From a virus (lineage: Duplodnaviria; Caudoviricetes): a stretch of 64,000 nt of DNA. Below the pieces are notes generated by a model. That model worked only from the letters and a program-made list of their open reading frames with translations. It was not told the DNA's origin and made no database searches. Both the position numbers and the translations under genes were made by a program. Each line of letters opens with the position of its first letter. Position 1 is the first letter of the stretch. The stretch is from IMG/VR virus record IMGVR_UViG_3300020465_001196; one strand, written 5' to 3'. Of the stretch, positions 9,889-18,608 are shown piece after piece.

Positions 9889-10329
9889 TTACTTAATTTT
9901 GATAGTTCTTGGCTTTTTAGATTCTGGAATAATTCTTTCCAAAGAAACTTTAAGCAAACCATCTTTAAGTTCTGCACCTTTAACTTCAACATCATCTGAA
10001 ACAGTAAAAGATTTAGAAAACATTCTTTTTGAAATACCTCTATGAAGTACTGCATCGTTTTCTTGAACTTCTTCTGCTTTTTTGATTGATTTTACAGTTA
10101 AAACATTATTTTCGTATTCAACATCAATATCATCTTTGCTGAATCCTGCTAATGCTAATTCAATATCGTAGGTGTTTTCACCTGTCTTTACGATATTATA
10201 TGGTGGATAATTAACCTGTGGAATGTTCATAACGTCTCCGTCAAACATTCTTTCAAAGTGGTCAAATATATTATCGAACCCTACAGTTACTGGACGTAAC
10301 TGATTAAAAATAGATAGATTTCTAGTCAT
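9889..10329 (-). CDS. Small heat-shock protein Hsp20 (IbpA-like)
   Basis: YPPYNIVK, IELALAGF, LHRGISKRMFSKSF, LKDGLLKVSLERIIPE; start MTRNLS at 10329 after GGAGG. Confidence 0.95.
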   Translation of the reverse strand: MTRNLSIFNQLRPVTVGFDNIFDHFERMFDGDVMNIPQVNYPPYNIVKTGENTYDIELALAGFSKDDIDVEYENNVLTVKSIKKAEEVQENDAVLHRGISKRMFSKSFTVSDDVEVKGAELKDGLLKVSLERIIPESKKPRTIKIK

Positions 10330-10337
10330 TTTAACTC

Positions 10338-10397
10338 CTCCTTTAAGCAAGTTTATATTTTATATGTAGACCCTATCATAGCAATCTACACACATAT
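10338..10397 (-). promoter_or_regulatory. ROSE-like RNA thermometer in hsp20 leader
   Basis: mRNA CUUGCU-UAA-AGGAG (10351-10338) pairs the SD with a bulged G; upstream hairpin 10362-10397. Confidence 0.6.
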
Positions 10398-10425
10398 TTA
10401 TACAACTAATGTTGTACAATATATA

Positions 10426-10453
10426 ATATAAGCACTTTTTTTAAAAAGTCAAG
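10426..10453 (-). promoter_or_regulatory. Alphaproteobacterial RpoH-type heat-shock promoter CTTG-N17-CTTATAT
   Basis: CTTG at 10453-10450, CTTATAT at 10432-10426, upstream of hsp20-dnaK; also readable as a TTGACT sigma70 promoter. Confidence 0.5.
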
Positions 10454-10471
10454 AGCCAAAATAGGATTTTT

Positions 10472-11524
10472 TTAAATTTCTTGAAATTTATAGCTCTGTC
10501 TGGCCGCATTATCGCCACATTGTTTAAAACACGTAGGATTATAATAGTTTGATTGTTGGCCATTCCAACTTTCATGTAACAAACGACTATAATATTTGTG
10601 TCCTAGTATTTCGTTCCAACTATGATGTTTTAAACTATTCCAATCATCACCAAATTGGTCAATTAACATATGAAAGTATTCGTGTTGTTCAAAATTTTCA
10701 GTAGCAAACCAACAGCATGGCCAAACTTTATAATTCCAATCTATAAACACAGTTTTGTCATGATACATTTTACAAGAAATACTTTTACCTTCTTTTTGAG
10801 TAACTTCAAATTTATCATTATATTTTGTTACTCCTGCTGTTTCTGGATGTTGGAATTTATCAGTTGTTTTTACTTCAAACTCTTTAGTTACTATTTTGCC
10901 TTCTTCTTTGATTTTACTTTTACTAAACCAACTACGATTATTTCGTACGTTTTGTCTTAACACAAATTTAATATCTAATTGCTCTGCTAATTTTTTTGCA
11001 TTATCTATATCATCATAATTATGATCAAAAACTAGGTATTCCCATTTACAAAGTCCCTTTGCTGTTGCATAAGCCGTCATATTTTCAACAACTTTCTTCC
11101 AATTAACATTTACTCTATATAAATGATTTGTATCTTTATAACCATCTACAGAAAAAACTACTAATAGTCGTTGAGATTCATTACTCATTTTTCCCATTTC
11201 TGCAAATGTTTCTTTAGTGTTTGCTCCTGTGTTTGTGTGCATTTCAATCGAACCGCCATTATCTAAAATATATTTTGTAATAGTAACAATATTTTTATTC
11301 ATAAATGGATCATCAACTGTACCACCAAAAATAAATTCTTTATCTGCTATTAGTTCTTTTGGAAATATATTAGAAAATTCTTCCAATGACCATTCAGTTA
11401 TATTTTGTTTTAAAAATGGATGTGTATCACCATCAACTGTACGGATACACCCTGGACATCTTGCGTTACACTTATTTGTAATTTCGACATCGAACTTTGT
11501 TATGTTATTAATACTAAATGACAT
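10472..11524 (-). CDS. Radical SAM protein with C-terminal SPASM/twitch-like Cys domain (paralogue 1)
   Basis: CNARCPGC (CxxxCxxC), FGGTVDDP, FSVDG..NHLYRVNV.W, C-terminal ISC..VWPCCW..CFKQC. Confidence 0.9.
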   Translation of the reverse strand: MSFSINNITKFDVEITNKCNARCPGCIRTVDGDTHPFLKQNITEWSLEEFSNIFPKELIADKEFIFGGTVDDPFMNKNIVTITKYILDNGGSIEMHTNTGANTKETFAEMGKMSNESQRLLVVFSVDGYKDTNHLYRVNVNWKKVVENMTAYATAKGLCKWEYLVFDHNYDDIDNAKKLAEQLDIKFVLRQNVRNNRSWFSKSKIKEEGKIVTKEFEVKTTDKFQHPETAGVTKYNDKFEVTQKEGKSISCKMYHDKTVFIDWNYKVWPCCWFATENFEQHEYFHMLIDQFGDDWNSLKHHSWNEILGHKYYSRLLHESWNGQQSNYYNPTCFKQCGDNAARQSYKFQEI

Positions 11525-11528
11525 AGTA

Positions 11529-11762
11529 TCAATATTTATCGGATACTAATGATACTTCTTTTCCTGGTCCAGCTTTACTTGGTAAATCGCCAAATTCTTT
11601 AATATACAATTTAAGTACTTCTTTGTAAAAAATTGTTGAATCATGATTACATTTTTTATTAATTTCAGCCAGTCCATTATTTGTAGGTTCTAGATAACTT
11701 GCTAATACTTTTGCCGCTTCTGTTTGTAGTGTACGTAAATCTAATGTTTCTAAATCAATCAT
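11529..11762 (-). CDS. Hypothetical protein
   Basis: 77-aa ORF, closely packed in the operon. Confidence 0.55.
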   Translation of the reverse strand: MIDLETLDLRTLQTEAAKVLASYLEPTNNGLAEINKKCNHDSTIFYKEVLKLYIKEFGDLPSKAGPGKEVSLVSDKY

Positions 11763-11763
11763 A

Positions 11764-12042
11764 TTACTTACTCAGTTTATCTATTACACGATCGTTTTCT
11801 GATATTCGTGTTTGTACTATAAAACCTTTTGCACCATTATATGGATTTTGCATATAAGTTTCATTTACCCAATAGTATTTAAACAAAATTATATCACCAT
11901 TATCAAGTTTAACAGGATACCAAGCAAAACGTCTTTTCCATCTTGAATTCCATTTTGGTAAACTATTCATTGTGCGATGTCTCCAATTTCCTATATAGTT
12001 GACATCTATAATTTGTATTTTTCTTGATAGCCACTGTAACAA
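11764..12042 (-). CDS. Hypothetical protein
   Basis: 92-aa ORF with RFAWYPVKL motif seen in small phage proteins; start uncertain. Confidence 0.5.
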   Translation of the reverse strand: MLQWLSRKIQIIDVNYIGNWRHRTMNSLPKWNSRWKRRFAWYPVKLDNGDIILFKYYWVNETYMQNPYNGAKGFIVQTRISENDRVIDKLSK

Positions 12043-12062
12043 TTTTTTTCATACCTTTTTTC

Positions 12063-12139
12063 TGGCGGAGTGTAAGGGACTCGAACCCTCAACCTCCCGC
12101 GTGACAGGCGGGTGCTCTAACCAATTGAGCTAACACTCC
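12063..12139 (-). tRNA. tRNA-Asp(GTC)
   Basis: GGAGTGTTAGCTCAATTGGTTAGAGC...CCCGC-CTGTCAC-GCGGG...GGTTCGAGTCC...CTCCGCCA; encoded CCA. Confidence 0.97.
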
Positions 12140-12140
12140 A

Positions 12141-12216
12141 TGGTGGGTAGTAAAGGACTCGAACCTTTGACCCCCTCGGTGTAAACGAGGTGCTCTACCA
12201 ACTGAGCTAACCACCC
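12141..12216 (-). tRNA. tRNA-Val(TAC)
   Basis: GGGTGGTTAGCTCAGTTGGTAGAGC...CCTCG-TTTACAC-CGAGG...GGTTCGAGTCC...CCCACCA. Confidence 0.97.
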
Positions 12217-12217
12217 A

Positions 12218-12294
12218 TGGTAGGCGATATAAGACTCGAACTTATGACCTTTCCGTTATCAACGGAATGCTCTAACCAACTGAGCTAATCGCCT
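12218..12294 (-). tRNA. tRNA-Ile(GAT)
   Basis: AGGCGATTAGCTCAGTTGGTTAGAGC...TTCCG-TTGATAA-CGGAA...AGTTCGAGTCT...CGCCTACCA. Confidence 0.96.
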
Positions 12295-12664
12295 ATAGTT
12301 CAATCTCTGTTAAGCCACGTTCTCTATTTAAAAACTTATACTCTACTTTAACAGGATCAAATTGTTTAATTTCTTCAAATATAACATCTGTTGGAAGTTC
12401 GCCACAAGTGTAAACATCAAGTTGTAATAAACCTGGATCTGTTTCATCCCAACAATGTAATGCTATATGTGATGTTTCGATAATTACCAAACCAGTTAAA
12501 CCTCTGTTGCCTGGCATATCTAAATATGTTGTAATAGGTCCTTGGCATATTTGCATACCAATTTTTGACACTAATTCTGTTAACCAAGTGTGAGCCCACT
12601 TTTGATTAGTAGGTGGCTTTTTAACTTCAGCCCTTACGATTAGATGTTTGTGTTGTACTGTCAT
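12293..12664 (-). CDS. speD: S-adenosylmethionine decarboxylase proenzyme
   Basis: HKHLIV, GLTGLVIIETSHIALHCWDE (pyruvoyl-forming Ser in TSH), LDVYTCG. Confidence 0.88.
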   Translation of the reverse strand: MTVQHKHLIVRAEVKKPPTNQKWAHTWLTELVSKIGMQICQGPITTYLDMPGNRGLTGLVIIETSHIALHCWDETDPGLLQLDVYTCGELPTDVIFEEIKQFDPVKVEYKFLNRERGLTEIEL

Positions 12665-13379
12665 TTTTAAATACCGGTATTGGTTCCATTTTATGTAAAT
12701 TTGGTTTCCTTATCTTTTGATATTTATCGTAATATTCACTGTCTGGTCCATGTACCATTGCGTGTTCCATTTGCTCATATGACAGTCCATGTAGTTGATC
12801 TTTATCTGTTCTACCATCTTCCCACAAACCATCTGTAGGTTCAGCATCTATAATTTCTTGCAATACACCAAGATCTTTACCTAGTTGCCAAACTTCAGAT
12901 TTCATTAAATCTGCTATTGGAGAAATATCAACACCACCATCTCCATACTTTGTATAAAATCCTACTCCAAAATCTTCAACTTTATTTCCTGTGCCAACAA
13001 CAATACCTTTTTTAGCACTAGATATTTGATGTAGTGTAACCATTCTTAATCTTGATTTTGAATTTGCAAATGCCAGTTCACTACCATATTCATTAAATAG
13101 TTCTAACCAAAACTTATCGTAGACTTTATCTAAATCAATTATGTCGTGCTTTACATTATTAAACTTTTGTTCTAGCCATTCACCGTGTGCTATACTTAAA
13201 TCATGTTGTGATTCTATTTGTGCTATTGGCATTGAAATTGCATAAACAGGTAATTTTGTTTTTGCACATAAGGTACTTACTACTGCTGAATCTATTCCGC
13301 CTGATATTCCTACAACTAAAGACTTTCTATTATGAGCCAAGGCGTAGTCCTTGATCCACTTCGAAATCTTATCAATCAT
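12627..13379 (-). CDS. nadE: NH3-dependent NAD+ synthetase
   Basis: VVGISGGIDSAV, ANSKSRLRM, VVGTGNKVED..GFYTKYGDGGVDISPIADLMKSEV, PTDGLW; likely start at 13379. Confidence 0.95.
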   Translation of the reverse strand: MIDKISKWIKDYALAHNRKSLVVGISGGIDSAVVSTLCAKTKLPVYAISMPIAQIESQHDLSIAHGEWLEQKFNNVKHDIIDLDKVYDKFWLELFNEYGSELAFANSKSRLRMVTLHQISSAKKGIVVGTGNKVEDFGVGFYTKYGDGGVDISPIADLMKSEVWQLGKDLGVLQEIIDAEPTDGLWEDGRTDKDQLHGLSYEQMEHAMVHGPDSEYYDKYQKIRKPNLHKMEPIPVFKNDSTTQTSNRKG

Positions 13380-13383
13380 GATA

Positions 13384-13707
13384 CTAACGTCTGCTTCGTT
13401 TAGGAGGTAATCCAAGCTCTTCTAATTTTCTATCTCTTCGAGCTCTTCTTATCGCGGCTTTTTTCGCTACTCTTTTCTTTTCAGAAGGTTTAACGTAATA
13501 TTTTCTATCACGAAGTTCTTGCATTATTCCTTCTTTCATTAGCATTTTTTTAAGACGTCTAATTGCTTTTTCAACATTATTGTCTTGAACTGCTACTGCC
13601 ATTCCTGGAAGTTTTTCGTATCTTGGTTTCTTATCTTTCCATTTTGGCTTATCGCTTTGAAATTTGCCGATTTCAAATGTTTTTCTTGGTTTTGAGTTAT
13701 ACTTCAT
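13384..13707 (-). CDS. rpsU: Ribosomal protein bS21 with basic N-terminal extension
   Basis: VQDNNVEKAIRRLKKMLMKEGIMQELRDRKYYVKPSEKKR core preceded by about 35 extra residues. Confidence 0.9.
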   Translation of the reverse strand: MKYNSKPRKTFEIGKFQSDKPKWKDKKPRYEKLPGMAVAVQDNNVEKAIRRLKKMLMKEGIMQELRDRKYYVKPSEKKRVAKKAAIRRARRDRKLEELGLPPKRSRR

Positions 13708-13713
13708 ATTATT

Positions 13714-13741
13714 ATAATAACATCATTTAGATTATTGTCAA
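13714..13741 (-). promoter_or_regulatory. sigma70-type promoter TTGACA-16-TATTAT, leaderless geometry for rpsU
   Basis: -35 at 13736-13741, -10 at 13714-13719, 6 nt before ATG at 13707. Confidence 0.7.
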
Positions 13742-14292
13742 GCATTTTTTTTATCAATTGCTTTAGTAACTGTAGCAATAATTTTATTACCAAATTGTTT
13801 TGGAGGCGAATCAAACTTACCTTGATTTAATTGGCCAGAAATCATAAGTTTAAACTGATCTATAAATATTGGTCCGTTACCAATTTCTCTTCCTCTAAGT
13901 TTCATAACCATTTTAACTTTATCACCATCATCAATAAATTCTTGCACTTTTTTTAATTTAACATTTAGATCATGAACATCTGTTCCAGGACGTAATTGTA
14001 CTTCATGTAAATCAATACGATTTTCTCTTTCTTTTTTCTTTTTTTCTTTATCTGCTTTTTGTTTTTCGTAATTCCATTTACCAAAATCCATAACACGACA
14101 AACTGGTGGATCTGCCTTTTGAGCAATACAAATTAAATCTAGCCCTGCTTCTCTTGCCTTTTGCTGTGCTTCTTGATTCCTTACTATTCCTATAAAATCA
14201 CCATTTGGATCAATTAACCTAATAGTAGGAAAAGTGATTGCAGAATTTAATAAAACAGATGGTTTATTTTTTTTAAAAAATGGTTTTCTCAC
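13738..14292 (-). CDS. infC: Translation initiation factor IF-3
   Basis: IRLIDPNG..IGIV..EA..A..GLDLICI...PPVCRVMDFGKWNYE; HEVQLRPGTDVHDLNVK; GDKVK..LRGRE; GTG start. Confidence 0.93.
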   Translation of the reverse strand: MRKPFFKKNKPSVLLNSAITFPTIRLIDPNGDFIGIVRNQEAQQKAREAGLDLICIAQKADPPVCRVMDFGKWNYEKQKADKEKKKKERENRIDLHEVQLRPGTDVHDLNVKLKKVQEFIDDGDKVKMVMKLRGREIGNGPIFIDQFKLMISGQLNQGKFDSPPKQFGNKIIATVTKAIDKKNA

Positions 14293-15545
14293 TACGCCCC
14301 GTTCTTTTTATCTACTTCTTTATAAATCAACATAGGTGGTTTATTTTTAGTAATAAAAGTTTCATTTATAGCAATACGTTCTACACCTTGTTCTTTTAAC
14401 ATAGGTAATTCATATTGTAATTGCAATAGATGTTTTTCTAAAACTGATCTCAATCCCCTTGCACCAATATCTTTCTCTAATGCTAAATCACAAACAATGT
14501 CAACAGCATCTTCACTGAACTCTAATTCTATTCCATCTAGTTGGAACATTTTTTGAAATTGTTTTAGTATTGCACTTTTTGGTTTAACAAGTATATCTTT
14601 TAAATCTTGTTTTTGTAATTTATGACAAGCAACCACTACTGGCAATCTACCTACCATTTCTGGTATTAAACCAAATTTAACAATATCATCTGGTTCAACT
14701 TTTTCTAGTGATTGTTCAAACTCTTTTTCTGAAACTACAGAAGCACCAAATCCAATTGATGTATTCATGTTTAATCTTTTTCTTATAATGTCATCTAATC
14801 CAACAAACGCACCACCAACTACAAATAATATGTTTGTTGTGTCTACACTAATCATATCTTGTTGTGGGTGCTTTCTACCGCCTCCTGGTGGAACTCTAAC
14901 TACTGTTCCTTCAAGTAATTTCAATAATGCTTGTTGTACACCTTCTCCTGATACATCTCTTGTAATTGATGTATTTTCAGACTTACGTGATTTTTTATCT
15001 ATTTCATCTATATAAACTATACCTTTTTCTGCACGTTCAACATCAAAGTCACAACTTTGTAAAAGTCTTAAAATAATGTTTTCAACATCGTCACCTACAT
15101 ACCCTGATTCAGTTAATGTTGTTGCATCTGCTTGAGCAAAAGGCACATCTAAATAATCTGCTATTTTTTTAGCAAGTAATGTTTTACCACAACCACTTGG
15201 ACCAACTAGTAGTACATTTGATTTTTCTAACTCAACACCATCTACTACAGGATTTGCTAATCTTTTATAATGATTATATACTGCTACACTTAAAACTTTT
15301 TTTGCTTGTTCTTGTCCAATAACGTGTTCATCAAGATGTGCTTTTAATTCATCTGGTACTATTTTTTTTAATTCTTGTGAATCTTTTTCAATTGCTCTTA
15401 CTTCACTTTCTTCTAAAATTGAATGACACAAATCAATACATTCATTACAAATATATACTTTAGGCCCAGCAATTAATTTTTTTACTTTTTCTCTTGTTTT
15501 ACCACAAAATGAACAGGTAAATTGATCGTCTTTTTTCTTAACCAT
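14292..15545 (-). CDS. clpX: ATP-dependent Clp protease ATP-binding subunit
   Basis: CSFCGK...ICNECIDLC Zn domain, [35 protein letters not shown] loop, GARGLR; start MVKKK at 15545 (TAATG). Confidence 0.97.
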   Translation of the reverse strand: MVKKKDDQFTCSFCGKTREKVKKLIAGPKVYICNECIDLCHSILEESEVRAIEKDSQELKKIVPDELKAHLDEHVIGQEQAKKVLSVAVYNHYKRLANPVVDGVELEKSNVLLVGPSGCGKTLLAKKIADYLDVPFAQADATTLTESGYVGDDVENIILRLLQSCDFDVERAEKGIVYIDEIDKKSRKSENTSITRDVSGEGVQQALLKLLEGTVVRVPPGGGRKHPQQDMISVDTTNILFVVGGAFVGLDDIIRKRLNMNTSIGFGASVVSEKEFEQSLEKVEPDDIVKFGLIPEMVGRLPVVVACHKLQKQDLKDILVKPKSAILKQFQKMFQLDGIELEFSEDAVDIVCDLALEKDIGARGLRSVLEKHLLQLQYELPMLKEQGVERIAINETFITKNKPPMLIYKEVDKKNGA

Positions 15546-15820
15546 TATTTTTCTTTCTTTGTTGAGCAAAGAGATGAACATACCTCATCGCAATTGTTTT
15601 TATCATTCCAATGTTTTTCATTAAAATGTTCCGTAAATGCCTTATGTTTTAAAATTTTTTCTAAAGAATGTTTTTTTAAACTATTCCAATTTTCTTCTAA
15701 CTTACTCAAGTACTTACTTCTTTCTTCAGGAAATGCTTCCCTAGTTAACAAATAACAGCAAGGATAAACTTTGTTATCATAGTCAATAATAATACCTTTT
15801 GACTGACATTTAATTGCCAT
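15545..15820 (-). CDS. Stand-alone SPASM/twitch-like Cys domain (C-terminal part of split radical SAM)
   Basis: IKC...[12 protein letters not shown]...[15 protein letters not shown]...CDEVC matches the C-termini of the other three rSAM paralogues; start 15820 (ATG) or 15829 (TTG). Confidence 0.75.
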   Translation of the reverse strand: MAIKCQSKGIIIDYDNKVYPCCYLLTREAFPEERSKYLSKLEENWNSLKKHSLEKILKHKAFTEHFNEKHWNDKNNCDEVCSSLCSTKKEK

Positions 15821-16505
15821 ATGATCCAACCCTTTCTACCAATGCTTCTTTGTTATATATATTAGCACACTTTTCTTCTAATTGCACTCTTAAAGTTAAA
15901 TCTTTAATTAAGTGATTGTAGTATGCTGATGTCCTATTGTTCATATGTGGAACAAATTCAATATTGTTTTCTTTAGATATTTTATAGGCCTCATCAAGTT
16001 GATCGTAATTAAAATCAAATACTAAAAAATTCCAAACTGTCATTTGATTACTATGTTTTGCATGAGTCATCATATTTTCCCATGCACGATCAAATTCAAC
16101 TCCAACTCTATATTTTGAGTTTGTTTCTTCATCTATTCCATCTATAGCAAATATTACTGAAACTTTATTTTTATATTTTTTTGCAATTTTTTCATACCAA
16201 TCTTTTGTACGTATTCCACCATTTGTATGTAATTGTACTCTATAATTATTTTCTACAGCATAATCAAGAAAGTCTTCAACTTGTGGATGCATAACTGGAT
16301 CACCATAATCTCCGCAAAAACTTATAACTTTATTAGGCTTGGTTTGATCTAATGCATTTTTATATTCGTCCAAAGGAAGATGTTGCAAAGGTAACCAGTC
16401 AATTTTTTCTAAAGTTTTTTTATTAGTTCTTGCACACAAAGGGCATTTAGCCTGGCAATATGTTGTTATAGAAAATTCTACGGTGTTTAATGATGTCCAA
16501 TCCAT
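15810..16505 (-). CDS. Radical SAM core domain (paralogue 2, lacks C-terminal domain)
   Basis: CQAKCPLC, FCGDYGDP, LHTNGG, FAIDG..NSKYRVGV.F. Confidence 0.85.
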   Translation of the reverse strand: MDWTSLNTVEFSITTYCQAKCPLCARTNKKTLEKIDWLPLQHLPLDEYKNALDQTKPNKVISFCGDYGDPVMHPQVEDFLDYAVENNYRVQLHTNGGIRTKDWYEKIAKKYKNKVSVIFAIDGIDEETNSKYRVGVEFDRAWENMMTHAKHSNQMTVWNFLVFDFNYDQLDEAYKISKENNIEFVPHMNNRTSAYYNHLIKDLTLRVQLEEKCANIYNKEALVERVGSYGN

Positions 16506-16843
16506 TATTTGTCACCCTCATCAACTTTACCAACATAGCCTTTTAGCCATCCGACCTTTTGATGAGTTTTAGTTTTCTTTATAGAATCGTTTTTCATAGT
16601 TTTATTAATAATAACACGATTTTGCTCTGTGTCAATCTTTTTTTCTACTTCTCTCATTTTGATTCTGGCCTCATCTTTGAATTTCATTTCAACTTCTGGT
16701 CTTGGATTAATTTTAACAGTTTCAACTGAAATTTCTTTTGGCCTAACAACTTCGTATTCTTCAACTGTTGAAATTGATGCTTTTTCGCTTACAATGTCTT
16801 GTGTTTTAATTTTATTATCGTCAACTAAATTAACATTAATCAC
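16505..16843 (-). CDS. Hypothetical protein
   Basis: 112-aa charged ORF; start uncertain. Confidence 0.5.
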   Translation of the reverse strand: MINVNLVDDNKIKTQDIVSEKASISTVEEYEVVRPKEISVETVKINPRPEVEMKFKDEARIKMREVEKKIDTEQNRVIINKTMKNDSIKKTKTHQKVGWLKGYVGKVDEGDK

Positions 16844-16854
16844 GTCGGACTTGG

Positions 16855-18249
16855 TTATCCTTTTTTTTTCTCAGTGCTGTCGTCAGTATCAATTTTGGCA
16901 GTTTCGTCTATGTTGATAACCAACTTTTCTGGTTTATCCTGCTCTAAACTTTTTTGATAATCTAACTGTTCTTGTAATTCTTTTTCTGCTTCAGATAATT
17001 TTTCACCAAATTCTTTTATTTCTTGTTCATGCCTTTTTTTTAGATCATTTATTTCTTGTTCATTATTATTTTCTTCAGGTTGTTTTTTTGGTGCTTCACC
17101 TGTGTATGCTTTTATTAATTCAGGATCATACTCATATTGTTTTTCAAATCCTCTTCCAAATCTTCTAATAAATGACATATTAGCCGCTACTAATAAACAT
17201 ACTGCTAGTGGATCAAATACAAATATAATTGTAATAATAACCCAACGTACTGCTTCTTCTAACAAATTTTTATCTGCTTCTTGACCGTATATAAATTCTG
17301 CAATATATTTCAATGGACCAACTTCTACTTCAAGTTTTTGCTGTTCCATTACAATAATAATTTTATCTTCATTTACTTGATTTAATGCATCTTGTTCTTT
17401 TTCAATGAATATTTCTAACTCATCAATTCTTACATCAATATTTTCTGTTTTAACGTTTGCTTCTGATCTTAAACCTGTAATTGTAGCATTAATATCTTCA
17501 ATTTGTGATGAATATTTTTCATCAACTTTTGTAAGATTTTCTTGTAATTTATTTTGTATTTCTACAATAATTCGCTGTGCCGCAGATGCTACTGCAAGTT
17601 CATTTGCTTTAGCTTCTGCTATTGCTGTATCTAACTTCTTCTTACTAAAAGAACCTTTAAATCTTTCTTGTGCCGCGGCAATATCTGCTTCTTTACGTTC
17701 TTTTGCTTGAGCAAGTCTATTATTTTGTATTTCAATATCTTTGTCTGCTTGAACTCTTAAAGTATTCTTTTCTTCTTTAATTCTTTCGTATAATACTGCT
17801 AGTTCTTCATTTTGCTTGTCAATTAAAATATCAACACGAACATTCTGTCCACTGTTAAGTCTTGCAATTTCATCTGACCATCTAGTAATTTTGTTTTCTG
17901 ATCTTATAATTTTTTCATTTATATTATCTAACTTAACTTGTTGAGTTGATCCTAATGATGATTGTTCAACGTGTGCTTTAGATAAAAATCCAAATATACC
18001 CATTGATGTAATAAGCATTAATACAACAACTGCTATTGATAGATACGTTTTAATTGCGAGACCTGCCGCCTTCCAGTTTTGATATAACCAAGAGGCTGTA
18101 ACTAATTTACCTACTTCAAGTACAGTACCCATAATCATAATAGGAATTGCGGCCGCGGCAAAAATAGCCGCCAACCCTGCAATTGAATAGTAAATTGCTA
18201 CCGCTGAAATACTTAATGCGGTCAATAATGTTAGTATTGCCATAAACAT
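16855..18249 (-). CDS. Membrane-anchored long coiled-coil protein
   Basis: Three N-terminal TM helices, about 220-aa coiled coil, EVGPLKYIA then FVFDPLAVCLL TM, acidic tail. Confidence 0.75.
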   Translation of the reverse strand: MFMAILTLLTALSISAVAIYYSIAGLAAIFAAAAIPIMIMGTVLEVGKLVTASWLYQNWKAAGLAIKTYLSIAVVVLMLITSMGIFGFLSKAHVEQSSLGSTQQVKLDNINEKIIRSENKITRWSDEIARLNSGQNVRVDILIDKQNEELAVLYERIKEEKNTLRVQADKDIEIQNNRLAQAKERKEADIAAAQERFKGSFSKKKLDTAIAEAKANELAVASAAQRIIVEIQNKLQENLTKVDEKYSSQIEDINATITGLRSEANVKTENIDVRIDELEIFIEKEQDALNQVNEDKIIIVMEQQKLEVEVGPLKYIAEFIYGQEADKNLLEEAVRWVIITIIFVFDPLAVCLLVAANMSFIRRFGRGFEKQYEYDPELIKAYTGEAPKKQPEENNNEQEINDLKKRHEQEIKEFGEKLSEAEKELQEQLDYQKSLEQDKPEKLVINIDETAKIDTDDSTEKKKG

Positions 18250-18269
18250 AGTATTATTTATGTTAAAAT

Positions 18270-18608
18270 TTAGGTAGTTTTAGGTTTATTATTAAACACC
18301 ATTGTGAGATATAATTCTTCATTACCTGTATTTGTAATATAATGTTCTTCTTTACCATCATATAAAATAACGTTTCCTGCGGAAATTTCAAAGGTGTTTT
18401 CTCCAATTGTCATTGTTCCGTTGCCTGAATGAATATAATATATTTCATCGTTGTTTGGATGTGAATGGCTAAAGGACTTTTTACCAGGTTGAATTTTTAT
18501 TCCGCCAACTGATATTGTTTCTAATGCATTAGTTTCAATTACAGAATAATCATCATTACTATCTGTTGTTTCGCCAATTATCTTATAATCTTTAAAAATA
18601 GTTTTCAT
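18270..18608 (-). CDS. Cupin-domain protein
   Basis: HSHPNNDEIYYIHSGNG..GNVILY...EEHYITNTG metal-binding cupin motifs. Confidence 0.85.
   Translation of the reverse strand: MKTIFKDYKIIGETTDSNDDYSVIETNALETISVGGIKIQPGKKSFSHSHPNNDEIYYIHSGNGTMTIGENTFEISAGNVILYDGKEEHYITNTGNEELYLTMVFNNKPKTT

Noticed and set aside
10330-10470. CIRCE/HrcA operator upstream of the heat-shock operon
   Set aside because: No TTAGCACTC-N9-GAGTGCTAA match
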